Of a stretch of DNA of 64,000 nt, positions 19,674 to 29,076 are shown piece after piece (the first letter of the stretch is position 1; the number at the start of each line of letters is the position of its first letter). Below the pieces are notes generated by a model. The model was not told where the DNA came from and ran no database searches. It worked only from the letters and a program-made list of their open reading frames with translations. A program made the position numbers and the translations under genes. Location: positions 27,896 through 91,895 of the forward strand of contig JBHBQE010000021.1 of NCBI GenBank assembly GCA_041776485.1, given 5' to 3'. This DNA comes from Lachnospiraceae bacterium. Its GTDB lineage: Bacteria; Bacillota; Clostridia; Lachnospirales; Lachnospiraceae.

Positions 19674-20830
19674 AAAATCTACTTTCCGAAACAGTTGTTA
19701 ATATAAAGCCCTCAGGAATAAGGAAATTTTTTGATATTGTTACCGAAATGAAAGATGCTATATCCCTTGGAGTGGGAGAGCCTGATTTTGATACCCCATG
19801 GAGAGTAAGGGATGAAGCTATTTTCAGCTTGGAAAAGGGAAGAACCTTTTATACATCCAATTCCGGATTAAGTGAGCTCCGTGTGGAAATATCAAATTAT
19901 TTAGAGAGAAGATTCGACATTTCCTATAATCCGGGGAATGAGATTTTAATTACGGTAGGTGGCTCTGAAGCGATAGATATCGGTTTTCGTGCAGTTATTA
20001 ACCCAGGTGATGAAGTGCTTATACCTGAGCCGTCCTTTGTATCCTATGCACCGTGTGCTGCCATGGCAGGAGCCGTTACAGTACCGATTCCTCTTAAAGT
20101 GGAGAATGAATTCCGACTGACAAAGGAGGAACTATTAGAGCATATTACTGATAAAACAAAGATTCTTGTACTGCCTTTCCCTAATAATCCGACTGGAGCC
20201 ATTATGGAGGAGTCAGATTTAAAGGCAATTTATGAGGTTATTATAGAACGCGATATTCTTGTGATGACTGATGAAATATATGCTGAGCTTACCTATGGCA
20301 AAAAACATATATCCATTGCCTCTTTTCCGGGGATGAAAGAGAGAACAATCTATGTAAACGGCTTTTCTAAGGCTTATTCTATGACAGGCTGGCGATTGGG
20401 TTATGCCTGTGCTCCGGCAAATATTATGGAGCAAATGACTAAGATACACCAGTATGCCATTATGTGTGCTCCGACTAATAGTCAGTATGCAGCTATAAAG
20501 GCAATAAGAGATTGCGATGACGAAGTTCTCCTAATGTGTGATGAATATAATATGCGCCGCAGATTTCTTTTAGATAGATTCAGTAAAATGGGAGTATCTT
20601 GTTTTGAACCCTTTGGAGCCTTTTATATGTTTCCCAATATTGAAAAATTCGGATTTTCTTCTGAAGAGTTTGCAACAAGGCTTTTAAAGGCAGGTAAGCT
20701 TGCCACTGTTCCGGGAACGGCATTTGGAGACAGCGGTGAGGGATTTTTAAGGATATCCTATGCCTATTCCCTGGATACTTTAAAGGATGGCATGGATAGG
20801 TTTGAAAGATTTATAAATGGATTATCTTAA
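19670..20830 (+). CDS. class I/II PLP-dependent aminotransferase
   Basis: KPSGIRKFF, GVGEPDFDTP, PNNPTG and NGFSKAYSMTGWRLGY (PLP lysine). GTG start overlaps the AsnC-family stop (GTGA). Confidence 0.85.
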   Translation: MKNLLSETVVNIKPSGIRKFFDIVTEMKDAISLGVGEPDFDTPWRVRDEAIFSLEKGRTFYTSNSGLSELRVEISNYLERRFDISYNPGNEILITVGGSEAIDIGFRAVINPGDEVLIPEPSFVSYAPCAAMAGAVTVPIPLKVENEFRLTKEELLEHITDKTKILVLPFPNNPTGAIMEESDLKAIYEVIIERDILVMTDEIYAELTYGKKHISIASFPGMKERTIYVNGFSKAYSMTGWRLGYACAPANIMEQMTKIHQYAIMCAPTNSQYAAIKAIRDCDDEVLLMCDEYNMRRRFLLDRFSKMGVSCFEPFGAFYMFPNIEKFGFSSEEFATRLLKAGKLATVPGTAFGDSGEGFLRISYAYSLDTLKDGMDRFERFINGLS

Positions 20831-21689
20831 AATCAATAATATTCTCTATGAGTATTTCAGAAGAGATGAAGACGGCAATATAGAGGGGATACAAAAGGCT
20901 ATAGATAATGTTAGCCTCTCTGTAAAGGCAGGAGATTTCATTTCCATTTTAGGTCATAACGGTTCAGGTAAATCCACTTTAGCAAAGCTTATAAACGCAC
21001 TTCTTATTCCTGCCCAGGGTACTGTAATTGTCGATGGCGAGGACACCAGTGATAAAAATAATACTCTCAGTATTCGAAAAAAAACCGGAATGGTATTTCA
21101 AAATCCCGATAATCAAATAATTGCCAGTACCGTGGAGGAGGATATTGCCTTTGGACCGGAAAATATAGGCATTAAATCTGAGGATATTATTCAAAGGGTG
21201 AACAATGCCCTGGAAGTCCTTGGCTTGTCGGAGTATAGGAAAACATCTCCTAATCATCTTTCCGGAGGGCAAAAACAGAGGGTGGCAATTGCCGGGATTC
21301 TGGCAATGGAACCTAAATGTATAATATTAGATGAAGCTACATCCATGTTGGATCCAAAGGGTCGCAGGGATGTATTGGATATTGTTCATCAATTGAATAA
21401 AAATCTGGGAATAACCATTATATTAATTACTCACAATATGGAGGAGGTTGTAGACTCTGATTATGTATATATTATGAGTGAGGGACAGATAATTGAAAGC
21501 GGTACTCCAAGAGAGATATTTTCAAGGGAAGAGTTTTTACTGGAAAATGGGCTGGATGTGCCGCCTATTACGAGAATAGCCGGTATTTTAAATAAAAATG
21601 GACTTGCGGTTTCCCCCAATGTACTTAGTCTGGAGGAATTAGTAGAGGAAATAGGAAGAATAGGTAAAAGTGGAAATCATAGTAGATAA
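20817..21689 (+). CDS. ecfA1: energy-coupling factor transporter ATPase
   Basis: Walker A GHNGSGKST, signature LSGGQKQR, Walker B IILDEATS. Position is upstream of ecfA2-ecfT-truA. Confidence 0.9.
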   Translation: MDYLKINNILYEYFRRDEDGNIEGIQKAIDNVSLSVKAGDFISILGHNGSGKSTLAKLINALLIPAQGTVIVDGEDTSDKNNTLSIRKKTGMVFQNPDNQIIASTVEEDIAFGPENIGIKSEDIIQRVNNALEVLGLSEYRKTSPNHLSGGQKQRVAIAGILAMEPKCIILDEATSMLDPKGRRDVLDIVHQLNKNLGITIILITHNMEEVVDSDYVYIMSEGQIIESGTPREIFSREEFLLENGLDVPPITRIAGILNKNGLAVSPNVLSLEELVEEIGRIGKSGNHSR

Positions 21690-22530
21690 GCTAAATTATA
21701 CATATTTTAAATCTACAGCCAATTCTCTCAGGGCTTTAGAGGATATTTCCTTTTGCATACGACCTCAGGAATTTGTGGGGATAATAGGAGCCACAGGTTC
21801 AGGGAAGTCCACTCTTATTCAGCATTTAAACGGTCTTATAACACCTCAAAGCGGAAATGTATATTATGATAAAGAGGATATTAACCATAAGGACTATGAC
21901 AGAATAGCCCTGAGGAGTCGAGTTGGAATGGTGTTCCAATATCCTGAATATCAGCTTTTTGAAGCTACTGTTTTAGAGGATGTAAAGTTTGGTCCCAAAA
22001 ATCAGGGATTAAGTGATAAGGAAGCAAGTATCAGGGCATATTCTGCACTGGAACTGCTGTCTTTTCCCAGACATTTAGTGAATCAATCCCCCTTTGACTT
22101 ATCCGGTGGGCAAAAGCGAGTTGCCGCCATTGCGGGTGTACTGGCAATGAAGCCTGAAGTAATTATTTTAGATGAGCCAACGGCAGGCTTAGATCCAAGG
22201 GGCAGAAAATATATTCTGGATATTTTAAGGAAGCTACACAGAGAAACTAAAACAACTATAATTCTGGTTTCTCATAGTATGGAGGAGGTTGCAGAATATG
22301 TGGACAGACTTTTGGTGCTAAACAAGGGGAAGTTGATATTTGATGATAGTGTACAGGCGGTATTTTCCCATATTAAGGAGCTGGAGGAGATGGATTTAAG
22401 GGCACCCTGCAGTACATATTTACTAAATAGCCTAAAGAAGCTGGATTTTGATGTGGATACGGGCGTGATTACTATTGAAGAGACAGCAAGAGAGATTCTT
22501 AAGGCAGCAGGGGGATACAGGCATGATTAG
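21670..22530 (+). CDS. ecfA2: energy-coupling factor transporter ATPase
   Basis: Walker A GATGSGKST, signature LSGGQKRV, Walker B IILDEPTAGLD. Confidence 0.9.
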   Translation: MEIIVDKLNYTYFKSTANSLRALEDISFCIRPQEFVGIIGATGSGKSTLIQHLNGLITPQSGNVYYDKEDINHKDYDRIALRSRVGMVFQYPEYQLFEATVLEDVKFGPKNQGLSDKEASIRAYSALELLSFPRHLVNQSPFDLSGGQKRVAAIAGVLAMKPEVIILDEPTAGLDPRGRKYILDILRKLHRETKTTIILVSHSMEEVAEYVDRLLVLNKGKLIFDDSVQAVFSHIKELEEMDLRAPCSTYLLNSLKKLDFDVDTGVITIEETAREILKAAGGYRHD

Positions 22531-23350
22531 AGATATTACTTTAGGGCAATATTATCAAGGTGACTCTGTTATCCACAGATTAGACCCCAGAGTTAAGCTG
22601 ATAGCCACTTTGGTATATGTTTTTGAGTTGTTTCTTGTCAGGGATATAGCTACCTTTGCATATATGAGTCTGATACTTTTAGCTATGATTTTATTATGCC
22701 GTGTACCGTTCTCCTTTATGGTAAGAGGTCTTAGAATGATAGTCTTTTTAATGATAGTAGCCGGAGTGTTTAATTTATTCTTAACTCCGGGAGAGGCTAT
22801 TTGGAGCTTTGGGATATTAAAGCTTACTAAACTTGGCATTAAAAATGCGTTAATAATGGTTTTCAGGATGATTTACTTAATTATCGGAAGTTCTATTTTA
22901 ACCCTTACCACTACTCCCAATTCACTTACAGAAGGGCTGGAAAGGCTTATGAAGTGGCTTAAAATATTCCATGTTCCGGTACATGAAATTGCTATGATGA
23001 TGTCCATTGCTCTGAGATTTATTCCTATTTTGCTGGAGGAAACTGACAAAATAATAAAAGCACAGCAGTCCAGGGGTGCTAATTTGGAAACAGGAAATGT
23101 TATTAATAGGGCAAGGAATTTGGTGCCGATTCTAGTACCTCTTTTTGTATCCGCCTTCAGGAGAGCCTATGAATTAAGTCTGGCAATGGAGGCTCGCTGT
23201 TATAACGGAGGAGAGGGCAGGACAAAAATGTATCCCTTAAAGTATTCTAGGGGAGATATTATTTCTTATGTTTTAATTATTCTATCTTTAATTATAATTA
23301 TTCTAATAAAGGTGATGTCTTTTGAAAGTATTATTAAAAGTAGCCTATGA
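22523..23350 (+). CDS. ecfT: energy-coupling factor transporter transmembrane component
   Basis: Typical EcfT N-terminus MIRDITLGQYYQGDSVIHRLDPRVK. ATG 22523 overlaps the ecfA2 stop. Polytopic membrane protein. Confidence 0.88.
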   Translation: MIRDITLGQYYQGDSVIHRLDPRVKLIATLVYVFELFLVRDIATFAYMSLILLAMILLCRVPFSFMVRGLRMIVFLMIVAGVFNLFLTPGEAIWSFGILKLTKLGIKNALIMVFRMIYLIIGSSILTLTTTPNSLTEGLERLMKWLKIFHVPVHEIAMMMSIALRFIPILLEETDKIIKAQQSRGANLETGNVINRARNLVPILVPLFVSAFRRAYELSLAMEARCYNGGEGRTKMYPLKYSRGDIISYVLIILSLIIIILIKVMSFESIIKSSL

Positions 23351-24053
23351 TGGCAGTAACTACCATGGCTGGCAATTTCAGGAGGGATTGCCGACAATAG
23401 AGGGGGAGATACTAAAGGCTCTTAACGATATGGTAGGGAAGCCTGTGGAAATAATGGGTGCCAGCCGCACAGATGCAGGTGTTCATGCATTGGGTAATCT
23501 TGCGGTCTTTGATACAGATTCCTCAATTCCGGAGGATAAGTTTATCTATGGATTGAATAACAGACTTCCGAGAGATATAAGGATAGTGGAGTCATCTGGT
23601 ATCAATGATGAATTTGATATAAGACATGATATAAAGAATAAAACCTATGAATATAAAATTACCACAAATAAGGTACTGCTGCCGCATAAAAGGCTGTATT
23701 ATTATCACTACAACAGAATGCTTGATGTGGAGGCAATGAATCATGGCGCTGAGCTATTGGTGGGGGAGCATGATTTTACCAGCTTTTCTTCAGTGAATAC
23801 CCAGACTCTTACGAGGGTAAGAAATATATATTTTTGTGAGGTGTTTTCCGATTTAGATGATATAATAATTAGAGTAAACGGAAGTGGGTTTTTATACAAT
23901 ATGGTTAGGATTATTGCAGGAACCCTCTTAGAAGTCGGAAAGGGAAAAATTGCCCCAGAGGATATAAAAGGTATACTTGCCGGAAGGGACAGAAATCTTG
24001 CAGGTGCAACTTTACCCCCTCAGGGACTTACTCTGGTGGAAATATTTTATTAA
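23322..24053 (+). CDS. truA: tRNA pseudouridine(38-40) synthase
   Basis: KVAYDGSNYHGWQ and ASRTDAGVHA (catalytic Asp). TTG start, with AAAGGTGA 6 nt upstream. Confidence 0.9.
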   Translation: MKVLLKVAYDGSNYHGWQFQEGLPTIEGEILKALNDMVGKPVEIMGASRTDAGVHALGNLAVFDTDSSIPEDKFIYGLNNRLPRDIRIVESSGINDEFDIRHDIKNKTYEYKITTNKVLLPHKRLYYYHYNRMLDVEAMNHGAELLVGEHDFTSFSSVNTQTLTRVRNIYFCEVFSDLDDIIIRVNGSGFLYNMVRIIAGTLLEVGKGKIAPEDIKGILAGRDRNLAGATLPPQGLTLVEIFY

Positions 24054-24074
24054 TATATTAGAGAGGAGCGAGAT

Positions 24075-24680
24075 ATGTATCCGGTTATAACCATTAACAG
24101 AGAATTTGGCAGCGGTGGACACTCAATAGGAGAGGAAGTTGCAAAGCGACTGAACATTCCTTTTTATGATGGTCAGATTGTAGAGCGTTGTTCCATAGAG
24201 TCAGGCTATGCCAAGGAAATCATAGAGGAGCAGGGCGAGCAGGCATCTAATTCAGATAAGTGGTTTAATTTCCCCAGCGTATCCTATATGTATTATCAGA
24301 CACCACAGGATGAAATTTATCTGGCTCAAAGAAGAGTTATTATGGATATAGCAAAGGAAGGTCCCTGTGTAATTGTGGGCAGGTGCTCAGACTATATACT
24401 TGAATATGCCAATCCTCCCATTAAATGTGCTCACGTACTGATTCATGCAGATTATGAGCATAGAGAAAAACGTATTCTTGAAAAATATGGTGAAGTGGAT
24501 GGAGTAGATATTAAAAAACGTATTGCAAAAAAAGATAAGCAAAGACGTGCCTATTACCACTACTATACCGACAGAAGCTGGGGTGATTACAATAATTATA
24601 ATTTAAGCCTGGACAGCGGAAAACTGGGGGAGGAACTATGCGTATATCTTATATGTGAAATGGCAAAGAAGCTTGGATAG
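24075..24680 (+). CDS. cytidylate kinase-like family protein
   Basis: ITINREFGSGGHSIGEEVAKRLNIPFYD and CVIVGRCSDYIL match the AAA/CMP-kinase-like family common in Clostridia. Confidence 0.7.
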   Translation: MYPVITINREFGSGGHSIGEEVAKRLNIPFYDGQIVERCSIESGYAKEIIEEQGEQASNSDKWFNFPSVSYMYYQTPQDEIYLAQRRVIMDIAKEGPCVIVGRCSDYILEYANPPIKCAHVLIHADYEHREKRILEKYGEVDGVDIKKRIAKKDKQRRAYYHYYTDRSWGDYNNYNLSLDSGKLGEELCVYLICEMAKKLG

Positions 24681-25308
24681 TGTAGTCATTGATATTGCGG
24701 ATATTGAGGGGACAAATTGTTATTTAAGAGAGGAAGCAAAGCCCGAGATAAGAAATCTTATATCACGTGCTCATGTTAGGGGAGTGCATTTTATCGGTTC
24801 AGGAAATTATCACTATATCAGCTATTTTTTCCTTGAACAGATCACAGAGGACTTCTCTTTATTGTTAATTGATAATCATACTGACACTCAAGGGGCTGCC
24901 TTTGGGAATATTTTGTCCTGTGGTTCCTGGGCAGGAGAAGCAATAAATAATCTGGAGCACTTAAAATCCGTTTATATTCTGGGTGCTGATCCTGTGCATA
25001 TACGGGAGGCAGAGCCCTTGCCGGAAAATACTTATATAATAGAAAATATTGAGGAAATATCAAGAGTATTGCCTCTTTATATTTCCATAGATAAGGACGT
25101 TTTGTCAGAGGAATACGCCATAACAGATTGGGATCAGGGAAATATGAGCCTGGGGGAGCTTATTGGCAGCCTTACTAAGCTTATAAAATATAAAATACTG
25201 GGGATTGATATTTGCGGAGACAGCAAAAGCCTATTGAATAGCTCTTTTCAAAAAATTAATAAGGAAACAAATAAAAGGCTCCTTAGAGCCTGTAAAAATC
25301 TTTTATAA
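24655..25308 (+). CDS. arginase/ureohydrolase-fold protein; start uncertain
   Basis: GSGNYHYIS, LIDNHTDT, ISIDKDVLS and LGIDICGD line up by eye with the metal-ligand motifs of the arginase family. GTG 24655 overlaps the upstream gene by 26 nt and has no good RBS. Confidence 0.5.
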   Translation: MKWQRSLDSVVIDIADIEGTNCYLREEAKPEIRNLISRAHVRGVHFIGSGNYHYISYFFLEQITEDFSLLLIDNHTDTQGAAFGNILSCGSWAGEAINNLEHLKSVYILGADPVHIREAEPLPENTYIIENIEEISRVLPLYISIDKDVLSEEYAITDWDQGNMSLGELIGSLTKLIKYKILGIDICGDSKSLLNSSFQKINKETNKRLLRACKNLL

Positions 25309-25324
25309 TTATAGTAAATTTGTT

Positions 25325-27157
25325 TTATTGTTTATTCTTGAAATTACTTCGCTTTCTAAGGGTAGGGTCAAGTATTCTCTTTCTAATCCTTAAGTGCTCA
25401 GGAGTTATCTCTAAAAGCTCATCCACCTCTATAAAGTCCAGCGCCTGTTCCAGAGAAAGGATTTTAGGCGGTGTAAGGGTTAAGGCATCGTCAGAGCCTG
25501 AGGCTCTGGTATTGGTTAAATGTTTTTTCTTACATACATTAAGTTCGATATCCTCCTGTCTTGAGGATGAGCCTATTACCATACCTGAATATACAGGCTC
25601 TCCCGGCTCTATGAATAATGTTCCTCTATCCTGAGCGCTAAACAGCCCATAGGCTACAGCCTCTCCGGTTTCAAAAGCAATGAGGGAGCCAAGCTTTCTA
25701 TAGGATATATCCCCCTTATAATGGTCATATCCAAAGAATTCAGTATTTATAATTCCATCGCCCTTGGTATCTGTCAGAAAGTCCCCACGGTAACCTATAA
25801 GACCTCTGGAGGGAATTAAAAATTCCAAACGGGTATGACTTTCATGACGAATCATATTTTCCAATAAGCCTTTTCTTTCAGAAAGCTTTTCAATTACCAC
25901 ACCGGTAAATTCCTCAGGAACGTCTATGTAAGCCCTTTCAATAGGTTCTAAAAGTTTCCCCTGACTGTCTTTCTTATATATAACCTCTGCCTTACTGACT
26001 GCGAATTCAAAGCCCTCTCTTCGCATATTTTCAATTAATATTGCTAAATGCAGCTCTCCCCTGCCGGATACCTTATAGGAATCTGTGTTCTCGGTTTCCT
26101 CTACTCTAAGGGATACATCAGTATTTAATTCACTATATAGCCTGTCCCTGATATGCCTGCTGGTTATGTATTTCCCCTCTCGTCCTGCAAAGGGAGAATC
26201 GTTTACAATAAAATTCATGGCGATAGTTGGCTCTGATATTTGCTGGAATGGAAGAGGACTTGTACTTTCCTGTCCGCAAAGGGTATCCCCTACAGATAAA
26301 TCATCTATACCGGATACCGCCACAATTGCGCCGGTGCAGGCGGAATTCACATCCTGTCTGTCCAATCCCTCAAATTCATAAAGCTTACTGATTCTTACTT
26401 TCCTGAGTCTGTCGGATTCGTGGTGATTTTTTACAAAGACTTCTTTGTTCAAGCCTATAGTTCCAGACTCTATCTTTCCGATACCTATTCTGCCGGTATA
26501 GTTGTCATAATCAATGGTACTGATTAACATTTGAAGTGGTGCCTCATCATCACCGACAGGTGCGGGGATATGGGAAAGTATAGTGTCAAACAATGGTACC
26601 AAATCGTTATTTTCTGTGTCTAAATCTCTGGTGGCAAATCCGGATTTTGCTGAAGTGAATAATATAGGAGAGTCAAGCTGTTCATTGCTTGCATCTAATT
26701 CCATTAATAATTCCAATACTTCATCTATGACCTCGAAACAGCGTTGATTTGGTCTGTCAATTTTGTTTATGCATATAATGAGCGCCAGATTAAGGGACAA
26801 CGCTTTTCTTAGAACAAATTTTGTCTGGGGCATAACCCCTTCAAAGGCATCCACCAAAAGCAGCACGCCATCTGTCATTTTAAGTATACGCTCCACTTCA
26901 CCGCCGAAATCAGCATGTCCCGGGGTATCAATTATATTAATCTTGGTATCCTTATAGTTAATTGAAGTATTTTTAGAGAGTATGGTAATACCCCTTTCTC
27001 TTTCAATATCATTGGAGTCCATAACCCTTTCTGTTATCTCTTGATTTTCCCTGAAAATACCGCTTTGCATAAGCATTTTATCCACAAGGGTTGTTTTACC
27101 ATGGTCTACATGTGCTATAATCGCAATGTTACGTACATTTTCTTTTTTACTTTGCAT
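25325..27157 (-). CDS. typA: translational GTPase TypA/BipA
   Basis: G motifs AHVDHGKTT, DTPGHADF and NKID. 610 aa with EF-G-like domain order. Confidence 0.95.
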   Translation of the reverse strand: MQSKKENVRNIAIIAHVDHGKTTLVDKMLMQSGIFRENQEITERVMDSNDIERERGITILSKNTSINYKDTKINIIDTPGHADFGGEVERILKMTDGVLLLVDAFEGVMPQTKFVLRKALSLNLALIICINKIDRPNQRCFEVIDEVLELLMELDASNEQLDSPILFTSAKSGFATRDLDTENNDLVPLFDTILSHIPAPVGDDEAPLQMLISTIDYDNYTGRIGIGKIESGTIGLNKEVFVKNHHESDRLRKVRISKLYEFEGLDRQDVNSACTGAIVAVSGIDDLSVGDTLCGQESTSPLPFQQISEPTIAMNFIVNDSPFAGREGKYITSRHIRDRLYSELNTDVSLRVEETENTDSYKVSGRGELHLAILIENMRREGFEFAVSKAEVIYKKDSQGKLLEPIERAYIDVPEEFTGVVIEKLSERKGLLENMIRHESHTRLEFLIPSRGLIGYRGDFLTDTKGDGIINTEFFGYDHYKGDISYRKLGSLIAFETGEAVAYGLFSAQDRGTLFIEPGEPVYSGMVIGSSSRQEDIELNVCKKKHLTNTRASGSDDALTLTPPKILSLEQALDFIEVDELLEITPEHLRIRKRILDPTLRKRSNFKNKQ

Positions 27158-27287
27158 ATATTCCTCTTTTCAAAACGCTAAGGGATTATTAAAGCATATT
27201 TTAAAAGAGAAATAAAGTCCCGGCAGTTGAATAATTGCGGTTTTTGCAATAAAATCCTAAAGAAATACTATAGAAACAGGAATTATA

Positions 27288-29012
27288 ATGGGAAAAAATT
27301 GGACAATATATTCTAAAAAGGCAGATTTTGATGCCATAGCAAAGAAACACAATATAGATAAGGTTATAGCAAGGATACTGATAAACAGAGATATAGCACC
27401 GGAAGATATCCATGGGTTCTTACACCCATCCAGAAGTGCCCTTAATGATTTTATGCTCCTTAAGGATATGGATAAATCCCTGGAAATAATTAATACAGCT
27501 ATTAGTGAGAATAAAAAGATAAGGATAATAGGTGATTATGATATAGACGGAATATGTTCAGCTTATATATTACAAACCGCCCTGAAAAAGTTAGGCGCAA
27601 GGGTGGATTATTATCTGCCGAACCGTGTAAATGATGGCTATGGTGTTAATGAAAACATTGTTAAAAGCGCGAAAACAGATGGGATTGACCTGATAATTAC
27701 TGTAGATAACGGGATAGCTGCCGATGAGGCTATTGCCTTGGCTGTGGAGCTTGGGATACAGATTATAGTAACGGATCACCATGAGATTCCGAAGGATAAA
27801 TCAGGTAAGGAAATGCTTCCCTGTGCAAATGCGGTTATTGACCCTAAAAGGAGGGATTGTCAATATCCCTTTAAAGAAATTTGTGGTGCAGTGGTTGCGT
27901 GGAAACTGGTTTTTGGACTTTATGATTTACATGGACTTAGTGAAAAGGATGTAATGGAGTTTTTGGAATTTGCAGCCCTTGCTACAGTGGGAGATATAAT
28001 GAAGCTCTCCAATGAAAACCGCTATATCGTATCTTTAGGACTGAAGAAAATGAGACATACCGATAATATAGGATTAAGTACATTAATTGAGGTATGCGGA
28101 TTAAACGGTAAGCATATTAATGCTTATCATTTGGGATACATCATTGGCCCCTGCTTAAATGCAGGGGGCAGATTGGCTGACGCGAGTCTGGGGGTAAAAT
28201 TATTTACCGCAAAGGATAGAGAAAGTGCATTTATCATTGCCAATGAGCTAAAACAACTCAACGAAACAAGAAAGGGAATGACAGAGGTGGCAACATGTAC
28301 TGCCATTGATGTTATAGAAAATAATCTATATATAAACGACAAAGTTATAGTGGTGTATGTTCCCAATGTGCATGAAAGTCTATGTGGGATTATTGCAGGG
28401 AGACTAAAGGAAAAATATACCAGACCCTGTTTTATGCTGACAGATGGTTCTGAATATATTAAAGGCAGCGGCAGGTCTATTCCGACATATCCTATGTTCG
28501 ACAAGCTGATGAAAGAGAGGGATTTGCTGGCAATGTTCGGAGGACATCCTATGGCGGCGGGACTTTCTGTGGAAAAGGAAAATTTAGAGGAACTAAGAAA
28601 GAGATTAAATGAAAATTCAGGATTGCACGATGGGGATTTAATTGAAAATATAAAAATAGATGTGGCAATGCCCTTAAGATATATTAGTGAAGAATTGATT
28701 AATGAATTAAATGCTTTAGAGCCCTTTGGAAACGGTAATGATAAACCTGTATTTGCTCAAAGGCAGGTTTGCGTGTTCAGACAAAACCGCATTGGAAAAA
28801 ATGGAGAATATCTGAAGCTTATGTTAAAGGAGGGAGATTCATTAATTGAGGCATTGTACTTTTCGGAAGCAAAAGATTTTATGTCAAATATTAAAGTGGG
28901 AGATTTTATTGATATTCTATACTATCCCCAATTAAATGAATTTAAAGGGAAAAAGACTATACAGGTGGTTATTTCCGATTATAGGAAATCTGATTTTGCA
29001 GAACAAGGATAA
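27288..29012 (+). CDS. recJ: single-stranded-DNA-specific exonuclease RecJ
   Basis: DHH family motifs GDYDIDG, TVDNG, VTDHHE and FGGHPMAAG. Confidence 0.92.
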   Translation: MGKNWTIYSKKADFDAIAKKHNIDKVIARILINRDIAPEDIHGFLHPSRSALNDFMLLKDMDKSLEIINTAISENKKIRIIGDYDIDGICSAYILQTALKKLGARVDYYLPNRVNDGYGVNENIVKSAKTDGIDLIITVDNGIAADEAIALAVELGIQIIVTDHHEIPKDKSGKEMLPCANAVIDPKRRDCQYPFKEICGAVVAWKLVFGLYDLHGLSEKDVMEFLEFAALATVGDIMKLSNENRYIVSLGLKKMRHTDNIGLSTLIEVCGLNGKHINAYHLGYIIGPCLNAGGRLADASLGVKLFTAKDRESAFIIANELKQLNETRKGMTEVATCTAIDVIENNLYINDKVIVVYVPNVHESLCGIIAGRLKEKYTRPCFMLTDGSEYIKGSGRSIPTYPMFDKLMKERDLLAMFGGHPMAAGLSVEKENLEELRKRLNENSGLHDGDLIENIKIDVAMPLRYISEELINELNALEPFGNGNDKPVFAQRQVCVFRQNRIGKNGEYLKLMLKEGDSLIEALYFSEAKDFMSNIKVGDFIDILYYPQLNEFKGKKTIQVVISDYRKSDFAEQG

Positions 29013-29076
29013 TTTGACTTTTTCAGTTTCCCATTATAACATAAAAAATCAGCGTTTTATTTCAATTTAGAGAAGC

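Noticed and set aside
25320-25634. 104-aa plus-strand ORF
   Set aside because: It is entirely antisense to the strongly supported typA gene.
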